A stretch of 64,000 nt of DNA from contig NC_043001.1 of assembly GCF_006345805.1 (NCBI RefSeq), positions 134,850,001 to 134,914,000 of the forward strand. The letters run 5' to 3'. The translations under genes and the position numbers were made by a program. The notes under the pieces are model-generated. The model was not told the origin of the DNA and ran no database searches. It saw nothing but the letters and a program-made list of their open reading frames with translations. Shown one piece after another: positions 14,801 to 27,439 of the stretch (positions are counted from its first letter, which is position 1; each line of letters opens with the position of its first letter). Source of the DNA: Octopus sinensis (taxonomy: Eukaryota).

Positions 14801-17800
14801 TGGCATGCTAATGATTCTGCCAGCTTGCTGCCTCTCACTGAATATAATGCCAAATTATTATAGTTGCTTTACTCATGACAGTGGATGGGATGGAAGCACT
14901 CCGTCGGTTACGACGACGAGGGTTCCGGATGATCCGAATCAACGGAACAGCCTGCTCGTGAAATTAACGTGTAAGTGGCTGAGCACTCCACAGACACGTG
15001 TACCCTTAACGTAGTTCTCGGGGATATTCAGTGTGACACAGAGAGTGAGTGACAAGGCCGGCCCTTTGAAATACAGGTACAACAGAAACAGGAAGTAAGA
15101 GTGAGAGAAAGTTGTGGTGAAAGAGTACAGCAGGGATCACCACCATCCCCTGCCGGAGCCTCGTGGAGCTTTAGGTGTTTTCGCTCAATAAACACTCACA
15201 ACACCCGGTCTGGGAATCGAAACCGCGATCTTATGACCGCGAGTCCGCTACCCTAACCACTGGGCCATTGCGCCTCCACACTCATGTCAGTATCTAAGCA
15301 ATGTCAATGCATCTTTGAGCATTGAAATTCAATGAGATGGACCAGTGAATTTTGAGAGTCTTTCTTACGGCTACAATACCAGTAGCAAGGTATGAGGTAT
15401 CAGGCTAACCAGCTGCAACTCTCTGCTGTAATGTTACAGATGAATTAACCTAAAATTGCCATTAACATCTTATATCTTAAGGAAGAAAAAAATATTGTAG
15501 TAATGAGCTGATTTTGTAAAAGCTTTGATATAAAACTCCTGAAAGGAAAAGAGACTTGAGAATAATAGAAAAAGACCAGTAAAGTCACACGAAGGAACTT
15601 ACTTCGAACAGCTAGTTTGCCTGTGGAACTCATTTCACCAAATTTATTTTTAGCACGACAAGTATATTCTCCTGAATCTGTAGCTTGTACCCCCTTTAAA
15701 GAAAAGATAAATATATATATTTATAAAGTGAAAAAAATGGACAAAATCAAAGCAAACTCAATGAACATTAATGGAATTTGTATCTTTGTGGTACCAGTGC
15801 TGGTGGCACATACGGAAACCATCCAAACGTGGCCGTAGCCAGTACCGCATTGACTGGCCTCCGTGCCGGTGGCACGTAAAAAACACCATCCGAGCGTGGC
15901 CGTTCGCCAGCCTCGTCTGGCACCTGTGTCGGTGGCACATAAAATCACCCACTACACTCTCGGAGTGGTTGGCGTTAGGAAGGGCATCCAGCTGTAGAAA
16001 CACTGCCAGATCTGACTGGCCTGGTGCAGCCTTCGGGCTTCCCAGACCCCAGTTGAACCGTCCAACCCATGCTAGCATGGAAAGCGGACGTTAAACGATG
16101 ATGATGATGATGAATAGAGCAAATCTGAATGTTGAGGTCATTCTACATGTATCAAAAAAATCTGACAGTAGGAGAATCAAAACCATGCACTAGATAATAT
16201 AAGTATTCCTGGAGAATATAAATATACTAGCAAAGCAATGATTATCAGAAGCAACTAATGAGTAAAGGATCAGATCTTGTGCAGGTTATTTATGGTGTAG
16301 GTAAACATGTAGTGAAATATCTTTTGTTAAATACCTGTTCTTTTTTACAATTTGGAATTATTAGCTGCTATTATCTATTCCCAGGCCAATTCTAAATTCA
16401 GAAGATCTATGATCAAAAGCATTTAGGATCATCACATCTTTCAGTAAAGTTTCTAACATCTCATTTTTTAAAGACTGTAGAATATGGGCTGAGGAAGATT
16501 CAGGTGCTATTTCAAACAGGTAAATCGAGTATACAAAAGCTTCCCAATTGGCTGGTGGCATCATTAGTTGATGATATGATGAAAGAACTTTATGGAAAAT
16601 GAAGAGTTGATCCTTGATGTGTGAATGATGTCTGAGATCTTGCAGAATAAGGAGTTTACCATCATGAAATTTAACCCTTTAGTGTTTGCATTATTCCACC
16701 AAAATAAATGCTTATTCATCCACATTGTTTTGAACTAATCATGCATTATCTAGTAGCTATGAGATTTTGATGAGGTAGCTGTTAATTTTTCAAACGATAT
16801 TGTAGGGTTGGTGTGAGAGACCAGATCTGGTCAGTTTGAACATAAAACAGGCAGAATACTTTTGGCCGGATATGGCCAGTTTAAATGCTAAAGGGTTAAA
16901 AGGTAAAATTACTAAATGAAAAGCTAGAGATTTCACTTCTTTGAAATAGAACACTGAATTCTACATTTCCAAACTTTGAAGAAGCAAAATCTTCTGGAGC
17001 AGTTTTAGTAATGTTCAGCACCAGCTTAATTTCAGGCACAACTTAAGTACAGAAACACAATTAAGTTTGGTATCCTACATATTTGGTTATCATAACATAT
17101 GTTTATTAACAAGACAAAAAGAGAACTTCTGGACAGTCACTTAATTTGCCAGATATAGCAGCCAAATCTTTCACAATCACCCTCCCATCTTAGAAACAAG
17201 ACTTTACACAGTATCAGTATTTTACATCTATTTTTCTGTGTAGGACAGTTTTACTGAGGCAGTATTTTATGGCCAGATATTTTTTCCATCAAACCTTTTA
17301 GTTGCCTTGTATGACTCATAGGAACACACTGTATCTGTTTGAAAGCCATCATGCGATTAGGTAATAAAAGGTAAAGGCTAAAGACCTCCTTTGGTCATGA
17401 ATGACCATGAGATTGCACCTAGAAAGTTACCCACCAAGGTACAAGTCCAAGCAAGGTTGTTTTATGGAAGACCAGCAGTTGCTCATGCTTACCAGCCTCC
17501 TCTCTCCACCCCACTGATGTCATCCAAGAGGAAAGCAAAGGCCAATACAGCTTGGCACCAGTGACATTGCAACTCATTTCTACAGCTGAGTGAATTGGAA
17601 CAATGTGAAATAAAGTGTCTTGCTCAAAAACACAACACACAGCCCAATCCAGGAATCGAACTCACTACCTCATGATTGTGAGCCAGGTGCTCTAACCACT
17701 GAGCTATGCACCTTCACCATTAGGTAATACAATTTGGAATATAATGTATCAGAAAAAAGGAAATCTTAAGATGGTCTTGGCTGGAGAAAAATAATAGGTC

Positions 17801-20800
17801 TGTGGCTTGCATCTAGTCATTTGACCAACTACCTACTGTGTCATACACCTGTTCAATCTGGATTGGTCAAGAGTTAAACAACAACAACAAAACATATATT
17901 TTTGCACAAATATGCAGTCACGAGTATGTTTGGAATTATGATGAAAACAAAGAGAATTTGTTAGCATATATCCATATACTTACAGTTATTTTTAAAGCAC
18001 CACCAGGTAACATTTCATGTCTATCACTCTTAATTAGCTGATCACCTCTGAACCAAGTTATAGCTGGTGTTGGTTTACCTTCTGCAATGCATGGTAATAC
18101 TACAACAGATTCTGCTGCAACTTTAGTTAATTCAGGAACTCCTTGCATAAAGGATGGTGGAATTGCTGAAATATAAATACAAAAGAAATGTGAAAATCGC
18201 TTTAATATATTTAATCTTCAAATTGTGGAAGAAGAATTTTTTTTTTTTACTTTTTCAGTTACTGGACCATGACCATGCCGGGACACCATCTTGAAGGGTT
18301 TTAGCTGAACAAACTGGTCCCCAAGTACTTATTAAGTTTGGTACTTAATCTATCATTCCCTTTTGCTGAACCACTAAGTTACGGGGATGTAAACAATTAT
18401 CAAGTAGTAAGAGACAAACATAAACATAAAGATGCATGTGTGTGTACACATGCGAGGGGGGGGGGCTGAACAGTTCCTGGCTTTAAGGGTATTGCAAAAG
18501 GCCCAGTTGGAGGCTCAGCCTTCTGAGTTCTTTTACATGACTTGGAATGTCAAATATATATATATATATATATATATGGAAGCACTCCGTCGGTTACGAC
18601 GATGAGGGTTCCGGTTGATCCGAATCAACGGAACAACCTGCTCGTGAAATTAACATGTAAGTGGCTGAGCACTCCACAGACACGTGTATCCTTAACGTAG
18701 TTCTCGGCGATATTCAGCGTGACACAGAGAGTGACAAGGCTGGCCCTTTGAAATACAGGTACAACAGAAACAGGAAGTAAGAGTGAGGGAAAGTTGTGGC
18801 GAAAGAGTACAGCAGGGATCACCACCATCCCCTGCCGGAGACTCGTGGAGCTTTAGGTGTTTTCGCTCAATAAACACTCACAGCGCCCGGTCTGGGAATC
18901 GAAACCGCGATCCTATGACCGCGAGTCCGCTGCCCTAACCATTGGGCCATTGCGCCTCCACTTATCAAGTAGTAAGAGACAAACATAAACACAAAGATGC
19001 ATGTGTGTGTACACATGCGACAGGGTGCTGAACAGTTCCTGGCTTTAAGGGTATTGCAAAAGGCCCAGTTAGAGGCTCAGCCTTCTGATAGATAGATAAA
19101 TATAAATAGTAAAATAGACAGATAGATTGGTTTGGGTATGGTTGTGTGATCCAAGAAGTTTGCTTTGCAACCACATGGTTTCAGGTTCAGTTTTACTGTG
19201 TGGCACCTTGCTATAATTTTCTTCTATAGTCTCAGACCAACCAAAGCCTTGCAAGTGAATTTAGTTGATGGAAACTGAAAAGAAGCCCATTGCATATGTA
19301 TACATCCAAGAATTTTTCAGCACACCCTTGTAATTTTACTGATGATGTATTGATTAATCTGAGGCTTTGGTTACCAAAAGGGCTAGGGCTTCACAGTGGA
19401 ATTAAGGACACAGGATACAGTGGCTGAGAAACTAGTTTCTTAAATGAATGCTCATACTTGCACCTATCTATTTACTTCATATCTACCAAAGGGATACTAT
19501 TTAAACTAACTTCTGAGTGAAGGTTGGTTGTGTTTATGCAAATATTTATTAACTTTTCTTACCGCCGTAAACATTATTAACAAATTTATTCCTTCAAATA
19601 AGAACACAGCCATTTTAATTGTATTTGCATAATATCATCATCATCATCATCATCGTTTAACATCCGTTTTCCACGCTAGCACGGGTTGGACGGTTCGACT
19701 GGGGTCTGGGAAGCCAGAGGCAGCACCAGGCTCCAGTCTGATCTGGCAGAGTTTCTACAGCTGGATGCCCTTCCTAACGCCAACCACTCCGCGAGTGTAG
19801 TGGGTGCTTTGTACGTCCCACCTGCACAGGTGCCAGGAGAGGGTCCGGCATCGGCCACGATCGGTTGGAGCTTTTAACGTGCCACTGGCACGGAAGCCAG
19901 CCAAGGCGGCGCTGGCAACGGCCACGTTCGAATGGTGCTTTTTATGTGCCACCGGCACAGAAGCCAGTCGGGGCGGCATTGGCATCGGCCAATAAAAATA
20001 AGAAATAAGTGGAAATTTTACCAGTGAGTGTGTTACATTATAAGGAAACTAAATTGAATTTCAACATTAGCTCATATTTACCTAACACATTTAGATAGAA
20101 ATCGGCCCATAAGTAACCATTTTCATTTGAAGCATTGCATTGAATAACCTTTGAATCATTCCTTGTTAGCATAAAATACTTCAAAGTATCGTTTTGAAAT
20201 TGCTGATTTACTCGTGGAGGAACAGCTGAAAAAGACAAAACAAAACAAAGTAAATAATCACATGAGACATCCTGTATTAGATTAAAAAAAACGATTTAAA
20301 TAATTAAATAACATATCATGTCTGGGATAAAATAACAATAAAAGTTTTCACTTTGTCCATTTAACGTCTCTTTTCAACACTAGCATGCATGAATGAATAC
20401 TTATTAGTGGAAGCACTCCGTCGGTTACGACGATGAGGGTTCCGGTTGATCCGAATCAACGGAACAGCCTGCTCGTGAAATTAACGTGTAAGTGGCTGAG
20501 CACTCCACAGACACGTGTACCCTTAACGTAGTTCTTGGGGATATTCAGCGTGACACAGAGAGTGACAAGGCCGGCCCTTTGAAATACAGGTACAACAGAA
20601 GCAGGAAGTAAGAGTGAGAGAAAGTTGTGGTGAAAGAGTACAGCAGGGATCACCACCATCCCCTGCCGGAGACTCGTGGAGCTTTTAGGTGTTTTCGCTC
20701 AATAAACACTCACAACGCCCGGTCTGGGAATCGAAACCGCGATTGTATGACTGCGAGTCCGCTGCCCTAACCACTGGGCCATTGCGCCTCCACGAATACT

Positions 20801-23800
20801 TATTAAGGCTTTATTTTACAGTTGTACATCCTTCCAGATGCTAACTCTTCATTGTTTCTCAAGTAAGTGATTTTTAATTCCACTTGTACATGAAAGCACA
20901 GAGCTACAGCAAGATTTGTTTATAGGGAATGCCAACATAACATCATTTTTCCTTGAATATGGAATGTAAACAATCACACAGATACACACATGCACACACC
21001 CAAACTCACACATATGGGCTGCCATACAATTTCCATCTATTACAAGGCATTAATCAGCCCAAGATATCATAAGATATCATGTAGCTGTATACTGAAATTT
21101 GTATCCACACAGCCATGCCCACATCTATTATATTTTGTATTTTCTCCTACAAATGTACTTATAAAATATTTTATTTTTGTAATGTTGCAAAATGATTTAT
21201 TGAATGCATGAGCACATTTCATACTTTGGTAGTTTTAAATACTGAAATCTTGTAGTCAAGATACAAGGTTCAATTACATATTAGAGCAGTTATGTTATAA
21301 GATGTAACTGCTTCCTAACTAAATTTTTCAGATCCTAAACTGTTTCTCAAAGATCTATATTTAACTGAATGTCTATTTCTGTTCATGTGTTTTTAAAATC
21401 ATCTACTATGGGCAACATTTTTTTGAGAACAGGGCCACATGAGGCATGGCTCATCCTCAGACAGGCTGCACTACATAAAACATTTGAGGTAATTTTTTGT
21501 TAGGTGTGCCATTCAAAGAGTCTCACAGGCCGCAGTTTGCCTATAATTGATTTACTGTATCAACCTTACCCAGCTATCTCAATTTTTCAGCTTTGAGGGA
21601 TTAAAAAACAGATAGGAGCTATGCAATCTTACTGGATATAAAAAGTAACCTCTTCAGTCTCTCCTCTAGGTTTAATATTATACAATTAATAAAATTCTCT
21701 TCTTTTAGCACTTGGATTTTATGTATGGAGAAATACTACAAATTTGCTTTCTACAATAGGCACAAGGCTTAAAATTATGGGAGAGGGAGCTTGTCAATTA
21801 CAGTGACCCCAGTGCTCAACTGGTACTTAATTTATTGACTGTGAAAGGATGAAAGGCAAAGTCAATCTTGGTAGAATTTGAACTTAAAACATAAAGCCAA
21901 AAGAAATGCTGTTAAGCATTTTATCCAGAATGCTAATTATTCTGCTAACTCACCACTTCAGAAATATTATATACCTACACCATCATGTGACTATTATACA
22001 AAGACAAGTCAATGACACAATAATAACAACACCATATATAGTGCAGGAGTAGATTAGACAGAGATGGGGAAATTTTAGAGAAATACTAGCTCTTGGCATG
22101 AAGAAATCATTTCCTTCACTGCCAAGGGTGTAACCATATCAATTTTATATCCTCATTCTAAATTACAGAGTTACATAAAAACATGATGAAGATTTTTCTT
22201 GAATAAGGGACAAAGTGAAGTAGAAAATAGAAGAAACTTGCATTCTATGGGTTCTCCATTGATGTACCATTTCACATCAGGTTTTGGTCTACCAAGTGCT
22301 TGGCAGGAAAATGTCACATTTTCATCAACTCCTTTGGTTACATCTTCAGGATCAGTTACCCAATATGGTCGAGCTGAATGAAAGAATAGAAATATTCAGA
22401 AAATAAAAAAATGGTCTCATATTCTGCAAATTAAATTTTTTAAAATTTTAAAGAGGATTTTAGGTAGAGTTTTAAAATAAGAATCTCTTATTATTAAAAT
22501 TGTATTCTTTTGTTTTGGAAATTTTAAATATAATTTGTATTTTAAATATTTTTCTTCAACTTCTTTTGACTTTAATTCATCTTCATGCTCAATTCTATTT
22601 GAAACTTACATGCAACAGTAACTTTAAATTTTTTAGAAATTTGTCCATTGGTGACTTCGTTATCTCCAATACACTGATACTCTCCAGCATCATCAAAATC
22701 AACGTTCTTTATAACAAGTTCAAGATTGTCAATTCCATCTTCAGTTCTTTCAATATCTATTTCCCCATTCAAGCGTTTCCACACGACTGTAGGTGTAGGA
22801 CTGAAATATAACAACAATAATAAGAATTGTAAATCGAAATTTATATTCTGAGTGTTATAGTTTTCTAATGAAAATCAAATTATTCTAAACATACAAATAA
22901 TCTCATTAGTATCAACACATTAATTATTTTTTTTGTTGAATTATTTCAACAAGATTAACAAAAAAAAAAAAAAAATGCCTATTTTTCATGTTGGATAGTT
23001 CTTAGTGCAAATTTAAAGAGTGCTGACAACCTTTAACCCTTTAGCATTCAGATGACTCTGTCAAATGTATTGCTTATCTATTTGCATTCATCATAATCAT
23101 CATTTAATGTTCGCTTTCCATGCTGGTATGGGTTAGACTGGAACTGGTAAGCTGAAAAGTGGCACCACGTTCCAGTCTGATTTGGCATGGTTTCTATGAC
23201 TGGATGCCCTTCTGAATGCCAACCACTCCAAGAGTGAGTGTAATGGGTACTTTTTATGTGCCACTGGCAACAGCCACGACCGCAATTTCATGGGTGCCAT
23301 TTACATGACACTGGCAACAGCCATGACTATGATCTCACTTGGCTTGATGAATCTTCTCAAGTACAGCATATTGCCAAAAGGTCTCAGTCACTTGTCATCA
23401 ACTCTGTGAGGCCCAACATTCAAAGATCATGTGACCAGCAACAAGCAAGATTATGATTTCATGGGTGCCATTTACATGACACCAGCAATTGCTATAACTA
23501 TGATTTCACTTAGTTTGATGAGTCTTCTCAAGCACAGTGTATTGCCAAAGGTCTTGATTACTAGTTATCACTTCCATGAGGCCCAACGTTCAAAGATCAT
23601 GCTTCCCCACCTCATCTCATGCCTTCTTGGGTCTATCTCTTCCATAGGTTCCCTCCAGAGTTAGAGATTGACATATTGTTTTGAATTAATCATGTATTAT
23701 CCTGTAGCTTTCTGATTTCAATGATGTGCTCATATAGATTTAGAATGATATTGTAGTACAGGTGTGAAAGGTTGGGTCTGGTTAGCTTGAACATAAAACA

Positions 23801-26800
23801 GATAGAACATTTTGACTGGATATGGCTGAATTAAATGCTAAAGGCTTAAATTAACATGTTCTAACTTTACACTTTATATATTGTAGATTATGCTCATTGG
23901 TGTTATATTTCTTAGATATCAACTATGTAAAAATAGAGAATTTCAATTATTATGATAAGACAGAATAACAAAATGACTTTATACATACTTGCCACTGAAA
24001 ATACATTTCATTTTTAGATCATCAGTTCTTAAAACTTTGATGTCAGTCTTTGAAACCCAAAGGATCTCCACTGGCTTTTTAATTGATCCCTCTGAAAAAG
24101 AAATTATAACCAATGTTTGTTATGAGTGTTTAATGAAGTTTTAATTTGAGGATTTTGTTATGGTTAAGTGTTAATAAATGAAATAAATATCATAACATGG
24201 CAGCTAGTATATGATCTTCATTATATCTAAGGGTTTTTTTTTACATCATTTCTACACTTCAATCTTAACCAGAAATTGAGTCACAAGTAAAGCTCTCTAA
24301 CACACTACCAGTCAGTGGGAGCCTTAACACGCTATTATCTGTTTTTTGGGTGCTTTCAGTAGAGTTCACTCTATTGCAAGTATTCAAATCAGGTCTCTAG
24401 TTTCCTCCACATTTTTCTTACAGATGTTAAGATAGGATATCAGTTGTATCAGACAAATTAGTATGAAAAGATCTTCTGAGTGTGGATACTTCACCTATCC
24501 CCTTTAATTAAATTTATAAAATAAGAATTTCAGTTATAGAATATGCATCATTTAAGGTATCGTAATATTTTCTAATAATTTTCTCTATTATAAGCACAAG
24601 GCCACAAATTTTGTGAGGAAGAACTAGTCGATTATATTGACTCCAGTGCTCAACTGGTAATTATTATATTGACCCTGAATGGATGACAGGCTAAGTTGAC
24701 CTTGGTGACATTTGAACCCAGAATGTAAAACCAGAAGAAATACTGCTAAGTATTTTGTTTGGCACATTAATGATTCTGCCAGCTTGGGAAAATATCATTT
24801 TATTACATTAGATTTGAATAAAATTTCATGAGAACTGAATTGACAGCATGTATATCAAATGTAATGGGATTGATAGCATGTATAATAAATATAATATAAA
24901 AATAATAAATACAGCAGGAGTGGCTGTGTGGTAAGTAGCTTGCTAACCAACCACATGGTTCCGGGTTCAGTCCCACTGCGTGGTATCTTGGGCAAGTGTC
25001 TTCTGCTATAGCCTCGGGCTGACCAAAGCCTTGTGAGTGGATTTGGTAGACGGAAACTGAAAGAAGCCTGTCGTATATATGTATATATATATGTATGTGT
25101 GTGTATATGTTTGTGTGTCTGTGTTTGTCCCCCTAGCATTGCTTTACAACCGATGCTGGTGTGGTTACATCCCCGTCACTTAGCGGTTCGGCAAAAGAGA
25201 CCGATAGAATAAGCACTGGGTTTACAAAGAATAAGTCCCAGGGTCGATTTGCTCGACTAAAGGCGGTGCTCCAGCATAGCTGCAGTCAAATGACTGAAAC
25301 AAGTAAAAGAGTAAAAAAGAGAGTAAAAGAGTAATACTGTAAACTTACGTGATACTGCCTCTGGTTTAATAACATGATCAAATCCTTGTCCAAAAATCCT
25401 CAAGAAAAACATGTTTGCTGAACACATATAGTTATTACCATCTTGGTAATCATGCTGTCTTACATTAGCGAAATATAAATTACCTGAAGAATAAATATTA
25501 GTAAATGAGTTTTGAATTGGTGAATTATAAATTTATACAGTTCATGCACAAAATATGAATGCATAAATATAGAATCCCCTTTAGGATAGTGGAAGCACTT
25601 CGTCGGTTACGACGACGACGAGGGTTCCGGTTGATCCGAATCAACGGAACAGCCTGCTCGTGAAATTAACGTGTAAGTGGCTGAGCACTCCACAGACACG
25701 TGTACCCTTAACGTAGTTCTCGGGGATATTCAGCGTGACACAGAGAGTGACAAGGCCGGCCCTTTGAAATACAGGTACAACAGAAACAGGAAGTAAGAGC
25801 GAGAGAAAGTTGTGGTGAAAGAGTACAGCAGGGATCACCACCATCCCCTGCCGGAGCCTCGTGGAGCTTTTAGATGTTTTCGCTCAATAAACACTCACAA
25901 CGCCCGGCCTGGGAATCGAAACCGCGATCCTACGACCGCGAGTCCGCTGCCCTAACCACTGGGCCATTGCGCCTCCACTTTAGGATAGTAAAATATGACT
26001 GACTGATATACAAGCAAAATAATAACAATTCTCACACATAATGACAATATACACATGTATTATGTGTATGAATATATATGTGTATGTATGTCAATTTACC
26101 TCTATACAGCCATCTGTCCATCAACACATGCACACACACACACACACAAGAAAGTAATTTCATTTTTTGCAAATAGATAGAGTTAAGATTTTTTGAATGA
26201 CTTTTGTCAATGTTATGATTTTTTCCTTTTGACATTTAATAGCTACTAGCAGTATCGCCCGGCGTTGCTCGGGTTTGTAAGGGAAATAACTATACAGCAT
26301 TTTTAGAGAGTTATAGCCAAAAAAATAGCAAAAAAATGCATTAAAAATGGAAAAAATATGATGGTAAATTTTTTTTTAAATCGTTGACTCATCGTAGACA
26401 TTTTTAGAGAGTTACTTCCCTTTAAAAAAATATGCATGAAAATGGAAAAAAATGATGGTAAATTATTTTTTAAATCGTAGACTCATGCTAATACCCAGAA
26501 GGGCTCGATATGAATCACGACTATAAATATCCAGTTTTGGTTAAACTGCACCGCAAAATGTGGGAGTAGTTAGGAATCTAAATCGAAGGGGACAGACACT
26601 CACACAACTACAGTTTTATATATATAGATTATTTCTAGCTTACTTTGGAAGCAAATTGTGTGTAATTTTGTTTACAGCTGTTGGTTCAATTCAATTTTAA
26701 CATGGAGTGCAAAAACAAACATTTTTGGCATATTTTGCTTTTTTATTTCTATAAAGGCAAGAAAACTGCTGAGGCTCATTAAGAGATATGTAAAGTTTAT

Positions 26801-27408
26801 AGTGTTGATTGCTTAACAGAACACATATGTCAGAAATGAAATTTTCCACTGGAGATTTTTCACTGAAAAATGACCAAAATCCAAACCGTAATTGAATCTG
26901 ATTGTTATATAGCTGTGTGAGAGATTTCAGAGAGATTAAATGTACCACACACAAGAATTGAAAATCACTTAAAATGTCTTGGATTCATAAATTGAAAGTG
27001 ATTCACTTAACACAACAAATCAATATTTGCGATATGCATTTCAAACGCAATGAAATCAATCTTTTTTGAAACTGGTGATGAAAAATGGACTGTCTACGAT
27101 AACATCAATCAAAAAAATATTATGGTTCAAGCATAATGAACCAGCACCAACCACATTGAGAGCTGAATTGCAGAAAACAAAGGTTATGCTGTCAATGTAA
27201 TGGGATTAGAATGGTGTTGTGTATTTTAAATTCAGTTTTTGTACGGGGAAAAAGACTTTTATTTAACACTAAAAAACTGAAATTAGTTTCTTGCAAACCC
27301 AATATATATATATATATTTCCAGAACTTAGTGATGTAGATATCTGTGAAAGTTCTGTCACAATTACATTTTTTTTAATGACAAGTGGCATAAACCTTAAA
27401 AGAGAGAG

Positions 27409-27439
<31 letters not shown>

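Noticed and set aside
20456-20659. Recurrent 67-aa [12 protein letters not shown]... in family A SINE copies
   Set aside because: Its recurrence is explained by the youth of the copies; one copy has a deletion; no evidence of coding constraint.
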